DNA of 63,216 nucleotides, counting the filler, from Octopus bimaculoides (lineage: Eukaryota), in assembly GCF_001194135.2 (NCBI RefSeq). It is 5 parts of 5 records of this genome, joined end to end, with 100 filler letters (N's around TTAATTAATTAA, not from the genome) between each part and the next. Parts side by side here need not be neighbours in the genome. Positions count along the whole stretch, not along the records: positions 24,949 to 40,199 come from NC_068981.1; positions 40,300 to 52,716 come from NC_068985.1; 3 more parts are not named here. The stretch is one strand, 5' to 3'. Both the position numbers and the translations under genes were made by a program. Under the pieces are notes generated by a model. That model ran no database searches. It was not told the origin of the DNA and saw only the letters and a program-made list of their open reading frames with translations. Below, one piece after another: positions 37,736-51,671 of this stretch. Within the stretch, counting starts at the first letter, position 1. Each line of letters opens with the position of its first letter.

Positions 37736-38410
37736 TTCTTATACTCAAGAAATATAAGAATATATAATTTTCGGTATAAAAGCAAGCAGCAACTCCGGTA
37801 GAAACGCACGATAAATACACATCCACGTTACAGACTTTTGTTTTTTCCTACACATATACCGACAGCAAGCAGCATTCTTGGTTATAGCTACATTGTGACT
37901 ATACATCTATAGACATAGACTGTGCACACTCATTTCAAAACCTTTCCACAAGGAAATATGTTTATAACTTCCTTCATGCTGCTATGCAGGTGACGCCGAT
38001 TCCTAGCAACCAACCGAATGTCGATTTGAAAGTGCTTCCAGTAATAAAACCTTGTTTCTTTGCTCATATATGAGTCAGTATTAGTGTCAATATATATAGT
38101 AATGTGTGAATGTCTGCATGAGGATTAAGGAATCTAATTAATATTATGCGTGTGTATATAGTCTTCATATATGTATGTATATCTCACTGTTTACATAATG
38201 AACGCGCACTCATACACTCACACATTCACACACTCACTCACACACACACCACACAGATATTTTAGCCTATATGTTTTTATGTACCTCTGTATATACCCAG
38301 TATGCATAAATAATACACAAAATACACACAAACACACACACACACGCACACACACAGAGACGTGTGTGTGTATGTGTGTGTAGATATGCTGAGGCGAGCA
38401 AGAATATATA

Positions 38411-38463
<53 letters not shown>

Positions 38464-39311
38464 NNNNNNNNNNNNNNNNNNNNNNNNNNNNNNNNNNNNN
38501 NNNNNNNNNNNNNNNNNNNNNNNNNNNNNNNNNNNNNNNNNNNNNNNNNNNNNNNNNNNNNNNNNNNNNNNNNNNNNNNNNNNNNNNNNNNNNNNNNNNN
38601 NNNNNNNNNNNNNNNNNNNNNNNNNNNNNNNNNNNNNNATATATATATATATATATATATACATACGCATACACATATGCACAGAGATGTGCATGTTTAT
38701 TAACGCATGTCTCTGACTATATTTCGCACACACATAGATACACATACACACATACATGCACGCACACTCGCGCGCGCACATAGACACTTACGTGCTTTGC
38801 GCGTGATTTTGTTAAATTTCATACCTACAAGGAGCGTACTCAGTTTAAGGAAATGCTTTGTTAGTACAAAACATGCAATTTAGCAAAGCACCCGTCAGCA
38901 TTACAAGTAATAATCTTAGATGTCTTTGAGAAGGCAAAAAGCGCAAAACGTTTTTCTTTTGATATGGGGTTTCAAATTCTGAGACGCTCTCAATATAAAG
39001 AACATTACGCCCTGGCGCAAATTTTCAATTGTGATACCTTTGCCAAATACTAATTGGTTTAACTTTTTAAATTGCTTTGAAATTCTAAAATACCATTCGT
39101 GAATCAACTTTAGATATTACACGAACTTGGCTGATAGTATTAGATTTTTGAAAAAAGTTTTGAATCGATATCTCTTAGATATGGAATTTAAGCACAACAT
39201 TCCTGCTATAGTGTGTAAGCTAGCCTTCTTATGGCTGTATAAGTTTCGAAAACGTGTGCTCATGTTAGCATGTGCTCGGATAGCCATACACATAGACTCG
39301 CATATGCATGC

Positions 39312-39402
<91 letters not shown>

Positions 39403-40299
39403 TGTGAAAGTGTGTATGTGTCTGCTTAAGGATGTGCATATATGCATACGTTTGCGTGAGCTCGTTTATATACTTATATACATACATAATACGTGTACAA
39501 AAATACATGAATAAACACATATACACACTTATATATACATGTATGTATGCATGTATGTACGTATGTATGTATGTATGTATGTACGTACGTACGTACGTAC
39601 TCATCTATCCATTCTTTCTAACTTTGTAAAAATTCGGAACTTTCGGCTGCCAGTAATTCAGATGCCCACGCGTGTGTGTATCCATATACGTGAGAAAGGA
39701 TGTCAGTGGCTCTATATGTTCATATGTGGGTGTGTATGTGTGTGCGTGTATGTATGTGAGAAAGAGAGAGAGACTGAGAGAGAGAGAGAGAAATAAATAA
39801 AGAGTGTTGTGTTGATGTGTAAAGATATCTTAACTATAGATTATAAGATAGAACAGAAAACGTAAGATGTGACGTTGACACTTTCCCTTGGGCATTGAAG
39901 AATATCGGATGCATTGGAGCGAATCTAACACCAAATTGAAACACAGACACACATATACACTCACACACACCTGCACACACATGTACACCAATACTTTTAC
40001 TGAATTTAATACAGTACACTTCTTATTTTCTTCTTTGCTTCCAAAAAATCCCTTATCAGATGAAAGTAAAACAGATTTTATGCAGAAAAGTTGTTTTAAT
40101 TATTGAAAGAAATAACACTTATTTAAATTACAGTATGCCTACTATGGCCTACATATAGAAAAGGGGGGAACAATTTCACAAGATTCTGCGTAATTCAATN
40201 NNNNNNNNNNNNNNNNNNNNNNNNNNNNNNNNNNNNNNNNNNNTTAATTAATTAANNNNNNNNNNNNNNNNNNNNNNNNNNNNNNNNNNNNNNNNNNNN

Positions 40300-40560
40300 G
40301 CAACCATGGGCAATTGTAAGGCCCTCATCTACGTGTATTTGGTGTTTAAAATTGGTTGCGTTTCAGTTATGAGGACCGACTCCTGTATTCGTCGCAACGA
40401 TGCGTCACCGGGGTGTCTAGACAGGATTTCTATGCTAATTCTGTCCAGTACACCACCATGTTGTTCTTTGGCATGCTGGTAGAGCACCGAGGTTTGTTTT
40501 TGATTATTATAGTCCCTCCAATGTTCGTTTACACGCTCAGCCAAACTTCTTGCCGTCTCA
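40300..40560 (-). mobile_element. Penelope-like GIY-YIG endonuclease C-terminal remnant
   Basis: ERVNEHWRDY...SVLYQHAKEQH...IEIL...LRRIQESVLI...PILN. Confidence 0.7.
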
Positions 40561-40676
40561 CCTATGTATATATATATATATATATATAAGAAATTAACTG
40601 CGTAAAAGTCAATAAGAAGAGTACTCCATCCAATAAGAATTCAATATTACTAAACGTTTCAACTATATGTACTTAC

Positions 40677-40767
40677 CACGCTACTAAGAGTTTTCCAGTA
40701 CATGCGTACTTCCCAAAATGTTTGAGTTACGAAACAAATTTGTTGTGATATTTGGATTTTTCTTTTG
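40677..40767 (-). CDS. Candidate exon, possibly 5'UTR plus start MYWKTLSSV
   Basis: Acceptor CTTTTCTTCAG, donor GTG|GTAAGT, 91 nt, one open frame (KRKIQISQQICFVTQTFWEVRMYWKTLSSV). Confidence 0.3.
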
Positions 40768-42489
40768 CTGAAGAAAAGTTCTAAATATTTCTCACTTATT
40801 TATTACTTTATTGTTTATATATTTATACGACGGGATTCCTTCAGTTTTCATCTACCAAATCCACTCACAAGACTTTAGTCGACCCGAAGCTAAAATACAA
40901 GTGGGACTGAAACCAGAAGCATGTGATTGGGTAAAAAAATTTTTTACCACACACTCACGCCTATGAGAATAGTTTTTATGTACGTCTGTATATATGTCTG
41001 CATACCTACGTAAACTGAGAAAGAAAATAAAGGCAGATAATAAATTATACTAAAGTCATAATAAGACATGGAAAATAAAAAGCGTTAACTGAGAACCTTG
41101 TAAATATAACTGGAGGAATAATTTACAGTTGGTGAGTTGATTACATAAAAGAATAACTATAGAGAGGAATCGATAAACGAATGATTCACTGATTTGAATG
41201 GTGGCTCTGCACTATCATAAATATTGCATATAAACTTACGACATATTTGCCTTATTAGTAAAAACTGTGCAAATTAACCATCTATCTATCTAATAGATCG
41301 AATTACCGATCTATACGGTGACCAACAAAAATATAAACTTCATTATTAGCAATGCAAAATAGCTTCTACGTATGTCTACCATAATTTTATACATTCAGTA
41401 CTTAAATATTGACATTGTATTAATTGTTGCTTACGTGTGAAGAAAATAAAAATCAATGTTTAATGGGTTGTGAACACTTCCTTTAGACATAATTTCACAC
41501 TCCGGAAGTTGAGAAATTGATGGCGGGTTATCAATATCTTTCTTAATTTATAATATCAATATCAAAGTAGATCTATAGATCTTAGATGTAGGATGAATGC
41601 ATCATATATCAAAATACCCGACAAATACTAACGCATTCACACTTAAAAATAAATGCACAAATAAGCACATATACACACACATATATACATTTAAACATGC
41701 GTATATGCATATATCTGTGTGTGTGTGTGCGTGGTGTTTTTGTGTGTATGCTTATATAATCATATGTACAATGTCGATGATAAATGGCCTTGTGTAATTT
41801 CAACACTTTTATCAAAAGAGGAACGCGTTTCTGTTCTGAACTGCTGCGGTCCAGTTATAAGTATTAATATTTAATTTACGTCAAAAGGAAAACTTAATTA
41901 TTGATACCCAAAGAAACCTTCTAAGTGTCATACCTAATGTAAATTCATTGTTGAAAGGTAACTTACTGCGGTATTTGTCCCGAGAAATCTCTTATGATCG
42001 TGCTGTGTTTAAAAACACAATATATATTGGAGGAAAACGAAAATCGTTCGAGAAGCAGCAAGTAGTAAGTGGTCTTTCACTGATGTGTTTATATTAAGTG
42101 TAATATCTAGATTGCTTCTTTGATTTAATACTGGTTCTATTGCGTATAACGGATTTTTATTCAGCCGGTTGGCTCTTCTCAGTACCAGTGAATGCTATAT
42201 TCCCTGTTACCGATATATCAGAGGCGACAAATCCCGCCTAGGCACGCGGCTAGCTGTAAATATCATTTATAAGGCCCGACTAGGCCAAAATGCATCTGGT
42301 GTTCTCGCTAACCAGTGTTGGAACGATTTTTCGTTCATCCATACGAAATATTTTCTCTGGATGAATACCTCAGTAACTTGCCTTTCAACGATGTATTTAC
42401 ATTATATCTGATACATAGATGACTATTTTAATTTAAAGCTGATTTTATTGCCTATAACGAATTGATACCCACCTTGTAATATAATCCGG

Positions 42490-42990
42490 GTCTAGTTCGA
42501 CTTTCACACTGCTCATCAGCTATGTGTAGAGTGTTTGACTTGGTAATCGAGTTTTCTTCATTCTTTAGCCAAGCCAAAGGAGGTTTTGCTACATCAGTAC
42601 TTCTTTCATGCTAAGAGGTTTTGTATTTTTATATGATGGCCATGTCTTTGCAAGAGACTTCATGCTTTGCCTCAAGTGCCTCTGCATTTATTTACCTGTC
42701 AGCTGTATAATGTCTGTATATCCGATCTGTACGGTCAAGTGGAGAGTACTGTTGCTCGGTATACTTTGCACTCCACTTGGAGAATAACGTGCTTGTAGTT
42801 CCCCAGTCGATTTTTCAGCAATCAACTGGCCTTACTTACATTGCGATAGCTAATAGGCTAATTGGTTTGCTTCTGCAATTTTCTTCTTTTCTATGATGAA
42901 AGGTACGTGCTGTGCCACTTAACACACTCCAGAACTTGCCTCAGAGAGAACTTGTGTCTACCGGTTGTCAATGTTAAAGTCAAACTTTAA
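42490..42990 (-). mobile_element. RTE LINE RT C-terminal remnant
   Basis: CKVYRATVLST and RLPSQTLY-like segments; heavily decayed. Confidence 0.6.
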
Positions 42991-43299
42991 GGTGACGTGC
43001 TGGCAGAATCGTTAGTACGCCAAGAAAAATGCTTGGCGGAATTTCGTCCGTCTTTACGTTCTGAGTTGAAATTCTGCTGAAGTCAACTTTACCTTTCATC
43101 CTTTCTGAGTCGATAAATTAAGTACCGATTGGGTACTGGTGTTGGTGTAATTGACTTGTCTGGTACCTAGAAATACTGGCCTTGTGCCAAAATTTGAAAC
43201 CAATATTAAAGTCAAATATTGTGACTGCGTTGCCAAAAGCAAACCGCGTCAGGCTCAGCATATATTCTGTGGTTTGGAATATGGGCTCAATCACATGTA

Positions 43300-43620
43300 C
43301 ACAGTATGTGGATGATTGATGATTGCTTATACAAGATGAGTCCAGTTGCCAGTATCTGTCTATCAATTCTCAACGATCTGCAACAAATCAACAATTCAAA
43401 TCCCGCATCATTCTATGCCAGGATATGCAGTGTAAAGCTTATGAAATAAAAGTGAAAATAGGCTGAAATTAGCAAACAATTTTGAATATCTTGGAATTAA
43501 ACTGGTCCCAAATACCTCCATTGATGCTGGTGTCATCGCGTATTAGTAAAGTGAATACAGCATTTGGAAAACTACAGCTTAGAGTGTGAGACAGTCATAG
43601 TATTTCTATTGATACCAAAC
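43300..43620 (+). mobile_element. RTE LINE RT remnant
   Basis: NNFEYLG...SID...SRISKVNTAFGKLQLRV...ISIDTKL. Confidence 0.65.
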
Positions 43621-43764
43621 TTAATAATTATAATGCTGTTATCCTTCCGACTCGCCTTTATGATAAGGAACCTTAGATATTGTATATCTCAAGCTAAAAA
43701 TCTCAGCCATTTCCACGTCTTTCATAAGGATGATTCTATGCATAAAGTGTCAATATAGAATTCC

Positions 43765-44124
43765 CGATACAAAAGTTCTTCGGCATAATAATCCACTGAG
43801 TTTGTTTGTTAAACTCAAATGAATTCATTTGTATCCAGCTACGATTTTGTCATGGACAGGAAGGTGGAACAAAGAACCAATGTGAAATTTTGCGTTAGAC
43901 TTGGGAAGTCTGCTAAAGACATAGGTCATGCTTGGACAAGCTTACAGCGACGAGGTAATGGGTCGGACGCAATGTTTCGAGTGACATGGACGCTTCATTG
44001 GCGAAAAAAGTTCCTAGAAGACGATGAGCGATCTGCTACGAGCGTTTCCCTCGGAAATGTGGAGAAACTTTACCAGTATGTGCATGAGAATTTTCAGAAA
44101 ACGATCTACAACGATTGCCCCAAG
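43765..44124 (+). mobile_element. mariner transposase N-terminal remnant
   Basis: EQRTNVKFCVRLGKSA ... LEDDERSA..S..NVEK. Confidence 0.75.
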
Positions 44125-44300
44125 TTATGCCACCAATTTGACGCTCTGCGGCGACCACAGTTGCGAGTAGTAATTCAGGTGACTGACGACAAATGTCCTC
44201 CATAGACGTAGTAAGGTATCCTTATTTCTGGTTCTGAATGGTCTAAGGATCCATCCAGCTACTCGCTTGCACAGTGTTGCCATCCAGGCAATATGCACAT
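44125..44300 (-). mobile_element. CR1-like LINE RT fragment
   Basis: RVAGWILRPFRTRNKDTLLRLWRTFVVSHLNYYSQLWSP. Confidence 0.75.
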
Positions 44301-44325
44301 AGAATGTTGAGTCAATACTCATGTT

Positions 44326-44357
<32 letters not shown>

Positions 44358-45238
44358 TGTCATTATTCAGTTTTATCTCAAGATTCCTTGCCAATAGAGA
44401 AAGAGCCAGTTTCTAATTTAGATCTAAGGCTCCTTTACTGGAATTTCAACAACATCAACAGAGTATTTTTGTATGTATACTTGCAGATTCCTATGTTTTA
44501 TTTTATGTATGTCTTCTCGTGCATATACTTGCATATTTAGACATGCTCATATATGTTTAAATTTCATAAGCGTTTATAAGGGGGTCCCTAAGGTAAAGCC
44601 TGAAATATAAAGGGGTCCGCAAGTCAAAAAGTTTGAAAACCCCTGCTCTAGACTTTCATACCCTTGACCCGGTGGCCTCCAAGGTATGACAGTAGGAGAG
44701 AGAACGGACTTTTGCAACATGCTCAAGGACGCAATGTGCTCCACACGATCTCATGGTTATCAGCAGTAATATGACTGCTAGTGTGATTGGCGAGTGAGCC
44801 TTTTTTTTTTTTTTGCAAATTTATTTGGCTGGTATTATTGAATATGCAGTCGGTCGAGTATGCAAGGATGTGTTTCTGTGTTAGGCTTATTTGAACTTTA
44901 TAGCGTGTTAGAAGTATTCACAATGTTAAACTTTAAACGCTGAGTAATGATTTTATATTTTATTCTTGACTATAAATAATAGTAAAAAGAAGTGAACAGT
45001 TTGTGTTAGAAAACAGAAACAGTGTGAATTTTTAAGCGACTAGACATAATGTTGATCAATTTGAATTTTAACATCGTTTTCCATATTTTTTGTAATATTT
45101 TATTTATCTACATATGCATTGACAGTAGTATCTTACGCATGAGTTTAGGCACAACAAACATTGTGGACCACGAACAAATGCAGCACAAATACTTGTATGT
45201 ACACAGAATGCACAGATGCATCAAGACATACAAAGAGT

Positions 45239-45308
<70 letters not shown>

Positions 45309-45678
45309 GAGAGAATTACAATGTAGAAAATTGTGGTTTAATTTGCAGAGCAAACTGTGAAGTACAAACCGTGAAATGATTTAACGGGGTGCTTTTCTGT
45401 GCATAAATCATAGAGATGCTGAGATGCGATTTTCTTTATTTTGAATATTGATTACAATGTCTGAGTAATTTGGAATCGAGGGCACACAATTTAGGGGAAG
45501 ATAATATATAATTTTAATAAAGATCTTATAGATGAAATTTACTTTCATTTTCTCTTTCGTCAATAATGGTGTTCAGGAACTTTCTTCTTTAGCAGCCAGC
45601 AAAAAATCAATATTTTACCACATATACACGTACACAAATAATATATGTGTATAAATATATGTATGTACGTAGATATAC

Positions 45679-45755
<77 letters not shown>

Positions 45756-46179
45756 TGGATACAAAACTATCGATATACAAGCAACGTAGTCATACACAAG
45801 GATAAGCAAAATGACCATAGACATAACTTCGTGAAAAACCAAGTTAATCACCACCACTTCACTTATCAAAGCGACTGACACACAAATACACACACAACAG
45901 AGGTCTACTCATTGGGACCAACTTCAAGTATACAACTCCAGTATCTTATCTATAGTAAACTCACAGTCAAAATATCTGATATAAAACTGTAACGACATCA
46001 TTTATTAATCCCAATCTTATGCAAATATGAATAATGTTTATAAGCTCGGAGTATGCGATTGAAGCAGCGTTAAATCAAAATAGCTGTCTGTGAACCACAA
46101 TTAACGTATAGACGCCATGGAAAGGCGTTCTGGTGTTCTCGTGAATTACTGCTGGGGCGATGTTTGCCGCCCTCCTGTA

Positions 46180-47055
46180 TATTGAGTTGTCAGATATAAT
46201 TCGTTCATTTCTTTCCAATGTTATTTGAATAAACATGAAAAATATTTTTTTTTATCGAAGTGCTTTATGCTTGTTTTTTGTAATTTCTTTTTTTTTTTGT
46301 AGCTCTATTCTTCGTCTATAACTTTTGTATATCATTTTTGAAACTTGAATAAATTTTACTTCTTTTCAGACATATCATGATGGAGTGCCAAGTGGAGAGA
46401 AAAAAATAGTATTTTCAAGACCTGCTTCTCTTCGCTTTCATTCAAGGTTCCAAAACTGCCAAAGCCACTTGAGACATTTGTGTTGTATACGAAAAAGATG
46501 TTATTACTAAAAGAACTACACAAATATTATTTTCTTGCTTCAAGGAGTAGAAATTCGACCTCACAGACACTCCGAGTTCCGGCCGACCTGTTCAGTTGAC
46601 TGAGAATCGATTGATCAATTAAGCAAGTTCATCCACGAGGATTTGTGCCAATCCACTACGGAATTAGCACATCAACTATACTCGGTGGGTAAGATTTAAT
46701 GAGGCAAACCAGCTGAGTCGACCAGACCGGTGCTACAACGGGTTTCTTATACACAACATTGGCCTCCATGTTGCTAATTTCACCCAAAAGGCTATTCAAG
46801 ATCTCGACTGTGATGTTCTATTGCATCCAACGTATTTTCCGTTTATGGCACCAGTAGATTATTACAGTTTTTGTGAGACGTGGAGCTGAAAACGTGACCC
46901 TTTGATTTCTACCGTAAGTAAGTGGAATGTTAGCAAGAGGTCGTGAACAATAAAGGAGGATATACTACTCACTGATTTCTTTTAAATTGTTGATGAAAAA
47001 TACGTATAAAAAAAAAATGGAAAAAAGACGGACGAATTTATTTGATAACATAATA
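46180..47055 (+). mobile_element. Internally deleted mariner element
   Basis: Degenerate ~30-bp TIRs at both ends; MECQVE...DLTDTP.SGRP N-terminus, YSPDLAP-like remnant near 46830, VVNNKGGY C-terminus. Confidence 0.75.
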
Positions 47056-47180
47056 CGTTTCTTTTTACACAACATTTCTCTGAAGAGATTTTCTATCAGA
47101 CAAAAAACATTGAATTATGTCTTTCGGTAATGCACATATGTTAAATATAGAACTCATATGGCTATTTTATGTTCTTTCAG

Positions 47181-47208
47181 TTGCGTTCACCAAGCTTATT
47201 ACAGCCCG
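47181..47208 (+). CDS. Candidate 28-nt micro-exon
   Basis: Acceptor TTTTATGTTCTTTCAG, donor CG|GTAAGT; all three frames open; partner exons not found. Confidence 0.3.
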
Positions 47209-47825
47209 GTAAGTTTTCTATAATATCAGTTAAAGTATTATTCATTGTTACCTATATTCTGGGGACGAGAAATTTCGTTTAAGCTTGTGACAACTGGATA
47301 TACATCAATAACAAGGTTCAAGAAGATGGAATTGAGCCTGGTACTCTGGTGAGTCACTGCTGAGATAAACATGCACCGATTTTAACACGTGTTTATAAAG
47401 AGACTGCTTTTCATTAGAGTACATACGTTAAGTATGATACACAGACAGCTATTATATTCTTTATGTTTATTTCTATACTATATTTATGTTTATATTAACT
47501 TTACCAAAATAATCGAAGTGTAACGATGCAATTATCCAACCAAGCTTCAGATTATACGTATTTAAAAACAAGAAACCTGTTTAAGAACAGAAATTGATTG
47601 AAATTAGGTATAGTTATAATTACTGAAACTAAACACTCTACGAACAGGATTAATAGATTAGAAAATTCTAATATTAGCACGAGGATACAATTTCTGTTTT
47701 AGCAAGTGGTATTATATACCCTACCTTATCTTAAATTACTATATATTGTGTCTGTAAAGGTGTGAACTTGCTAGCCACCTCATTATTACTGTAAATAACG
47801 GTAATAATACAACTTTATATATATA

Positions 47826-48320
47826 TATGGCTGTGTGGTGAGAAGCTTGCTTCCCAACAATAAGGTTCCGTGTTCAGTCCCACTGCGTGGCACCTTAGGC
47901 AAGTGTCTTCTGCTGTAGCCTCGGGACGACCAAAGTCTTGTGAGTAGATTTGGTGGACGGAAACTGAAAGAAGCCCTACGTATATATATATATATATNNN
48001 NNNNNNNNNNNNNNNNNNNNNNNNNNNNNNNNNNNNNNNNNNNNNNNNNNNNNNNNNNNNNNNNNNNNNNNNNNNNNNNNNNNNNNNNNNNNNNNNNNNN
48101 NNNNNNNNNNNNNNNNNNNNNNNNNNNNNNNNNNNNNNNNNNNNNNNNNNNTATATGTGTGTGTGTGTATGTGTGTGTGTGTGTGTTTACGTCCCCGTAA
48201 CTTAACGGTTCGGCAAAAGAGACCGATAGAATAAGTACTAGGCTTACAAAACATAAGTCCTGGGGTCGATTCGTTCTACTAAAGGCGGTGCTCCAGCGTG
48301 GACGCAGTGAAATGACTGAA
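47826..48320 (+). mobile_element. Composite SINE with internal (TA)n/(TG)n gap
   Basis: Head TGGCTGTGTGGTGAGAAGCTTGCTTCCC, tail GGCGGTGCTCCAGC...GAAACAAGTAAAAGAA. Confidence 0.85.
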
Positions 48321-48589
48321 ACAAGTAAAAGAATAAAAGAATTTATGTATTAATTGGATCTATTGTTTATAACGCCCTAGACTGCGACAAAAGTCCCTAG
48401 AAATCATCTCATACAGAATTGGTTACAAAGACGGCTTCTTCACTAATAGCTAATACATACACATACATAGACACACACATGTTAGAAGTAAATAGACTCC
48501 CCATAAAATATCGTTTTCTGTTTATTCTAACTTGTAAAGGTTTATAGCTCTTATTAATTGACATTTGTATGTTTCAGATTTTATATGCG

Positions 48590-49860
48590 ACCGTTTAATT
48601 ATGCTATGTACAAAAGAAACCTTGGAACTGTCTGAATTTCAAATAGGCCGTATTGTGGGTCATTCTGAAGGTGAATATAGTCAGCGTAAAATCACAGAAA
48701 ACCTTGGGATCCCACTTTCTACAGTTAATAAAGTGATTGTGTAATTCACCAGAGAGGGGAAAGAGTCCAGATCAACCAGGGCTCTCTGACAGGACCCTTC
48801 TCTTTGCTAAGAGAAGTGCGGAGGATAATCCTCGTTGCAAGACCTCTGACATAGCAGAGCAAGTTGATGTCAGTCCTAGAACAGCTGTCAGGTGTCTCCA
48901 CAAATTTGGTTACTATGGCAGAGCAGGAAGAAGGAAGCCACATCTTTGACCAGCCAATATGAAGTGGAGAAAAGATTGGGCCAGTGAGATGGTGGAGAGG
49001 TCATTAGCATTTTGGGACACAGTCATATTCTCTGATGAGCCTAGATTTACTGTATTTCCTAACAGTGGTCGAGTGTGGGTCTGGAGACTCTGTGATCAAG
49101 AAATTGATGTGAAAAGATTGCAACCAGCAATGAAACACAGCAGCTAATCTTTGATGGTCTGGGGAACAATTTGGAGCAATGGTTGATCAGAGATGGTGGA
49201 GTGTGAGGAAAAGATAAACTCAAATAAATATGTGTCCATATTTCAGAAAGGACTCCTTTCAAACTTCTCCAGTGGTGAAATGATTAAAGAAGACTTTCTA
49301 TTTATGGAAGATGGGATTCCTTGTCACACGGTTAAAATGACCCAAGATTTGTTGGAAAAGAACGGCATTAGAAAGCTTCCATGGCCAGGCCAGGCCAGTC
49401 ACCAGATACGAACCCTATAGAACGCCTCTGGAGCATAATGTACAGGACATTTCATAAACAGAACAAGAAAGCATCTTCAAAGCCAGATCTTTTGAGATTA
49501 TTGCATGAAACGTAGCAAGAAGTTCTGCAAGAGAATATTCATCATCTTATTTCTTTATTGCCCACAAGGGGCTAAACATAGAGGGGACAAACAAGGACAG
49601 ACAAAGGGATTAAGTCGATTACATCGACCCCAGTACGCAACTGGTACTTAATTTATCGACCCCGAAAGGATGAAAGGCAAAGTCAACCTCGGCGGAATTT
49701 GAACTCAGAACGTAACAGCAGAGGAAATACCGCTAAGCATTTCGCCCGGCGTGCTAACGCTTCTGCCAGCTCGCCGCTGATCATCATCTGATCAGTAACA
49801 TGCCTAATAGGGCCCTTGCATTGAAAAATGCAAAGAGCATGCAAACTAAATATTAAATGT
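48590..49860 (+). mobile_element. Tc1-like transposase pseudogene interrupted by a SINE
   Basis: [51 protein letters not shown], and terminal SNMPNRALA..NAKSMQTKY*; frameshifts and stops. Confidence 0.88.
49548..49780 (-). mobile_element. Young SINE inserted in the Tc1 copy
   Basis: 9-bp duplication TCATCATCT at 49539-49547 and 49781-49789; CpGs intact. Confidence 0.9.
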
Positions 49861-51150
49861 TCACATTATAACAACTAACAAATAATTCGAATGAATAATT
49901 TCAGATCTTAATGATCATAATCATGTCTATTTANNNNNNNNNNNNNNNNNNNNNNNNNNNNNNNNNNNNNNNNNNNNNNNNNNNNNNNNNNNNNNNNNNN
50001 NNNNNNNNNNNNNNNNNNNNNNNNNNNNNNNNNNNNNNNNNNNNNNNNNNNNNNNNNNNNNNNNNNNNNNNNNNNNNNNNNNNNNNNNNNNNNNNNNNNN
50101 NNNNNNNNNNNNNNNNNNNNNNNNNNNNNNNNNNNNNNNNNNNNNNNNNNNNNNNNNNNNNNNNNNNNNNNNNNNNNNNNNNNNNNNNNNNNNNNNNNNN
50201 NNNNNNNNNNNNNNNNNNNNNNNNNNNNNNNNNNNNNNNNNNNNNNNNNNNNNNNNNNNNNNNNNNNNNNNNNNNNNNNNNNNNNNNNNNNNNNNNNNNN
50301 NNNNNNNNNNNNNNNNNNNNNNNNNNNNNNNNNNNNNNNNNNNNNNNNNNNNNNNNNNNNNNNNNNNNNNNNNNNNNNNNNNNNNNNNNNNNNNNNNNNN
50401 NNNNNNNNNNNNNNNNNNNNNNNNNNNNNNNNNNNNNNNNNNNNNNNNNNNNNNNNNNNNNATATATATATATATATATATATATAATAAATCTCTGAAC
50501 GAGGTATAAACAGGAGCTGCACGACAACGTGACAACGTGAAGTATATTTGCCACTTAGATGCGGCTAACCACTAAGGGTGAATGCTACTGTAGCTTACAC
50601 ACATGTGTGTGTGTGCATATCGCCTTATAAATATATGTATATATATTTATGTTCGTATATATATATATATATACATATACTCACACATATAAATATACAT
50701 GCACACATCCAACCATACATACATGCATGCATACATGGCTCTCATGTAGTTTTGGTTTATTGTTTTTCTTCCAGCTTCTTTAGAACATATTAATAGCAAA
50801 AGAGGCACACAGAACACTGGAATGTGCGGGCATGTACATAGTAGCCTTGCATATATAGTGTTCCGTAAGGAAGTTTAGTTAAGCATTTATCAGGGATAAC
50901 TTCAACTTTTAAACAGATACACACACATCAAATGACAATAACATAAAAATTACGCATCGGGATCAAGCAAATTCTTAAGTTATAATAATCATTCATTTTT
51001 CATTAATTATGCCAATTATTTGGAATAATACTCTTACTTCAGTCTAAATACAAATATATTTGGTACACTAGTGAAAAAAAGCGTTAATTTTATAACATAA
51101 ACAGGACTTGTTAATGATATCAATATGAAAAGGAAATTCGTTGAAACTAT

Positions 51151-51380
51151 TTATAAGCAAGTATAACATAACATGCTATCACAGGAAATTTGGTCGCCGC
51201 TGCTGTCATAGACGTAGGTGTTGCATGTTTTATTGTGTTCGATATATGAGAATGAAGTCGAATTTTCACGCAAGGCAAATGCAGCACATTCTATTCTACT
51301 TCTAGTAACCATTGTATTCGTCATTTGTACATTCTGTAACTTAGGCTTTTTGGTCATCTTTGAAGTATATTTATTCTGAT
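51151..51380 (-). CDS. Candidate terminal exon encoding a PAN/apple-like small domain
   Basis: Acceptor TTAATTTTTTCAG, phase 1, open for 75 codons to TAA: QNKYTSKMTKKPKLQNVQMTNTMVTRSRIECAAFALRENSTSFSYIEHNKTCNTYVYDSSGDQISCDSMLCYTCL; S-x-x-E-C-A...S-F-x-Y...T-C resembles PAN. Confidence 0.55.
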
Positions 51381-51448
51381 CTGAAAAAATTAATAATTAC
51401 AATATAACATAGCGTATGCGTGCGCATGTGCGTGGTAATGTGCATGTA

Positions 51449-51671
51449 CAGTAACCCCTCGACTATCGCATGTACGACATTCCAAACCACCCCCTCCGCG
51501 AAAGGGGAAACCAGCGTACTGTATATTTTCTTTTATTTTTTAATTTTATAATATATATTTATTTTATTATAATTACGAAACAACACCACGGAGGAACCGG
51601 CGCATGCTTAAAAAATAAACCGCTATAGGTGAACCGTGATAGGTGAACCACGATATGGCGAGAGATTACTA
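51449..51671. mobile_element. pogo/Tigger-like MITE
   Basis: TA|CAGTAACCCCTCGACTATCGC and GATATGGCGAGAGATTACTA|TA inverted ends. Confidence 0.7.
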
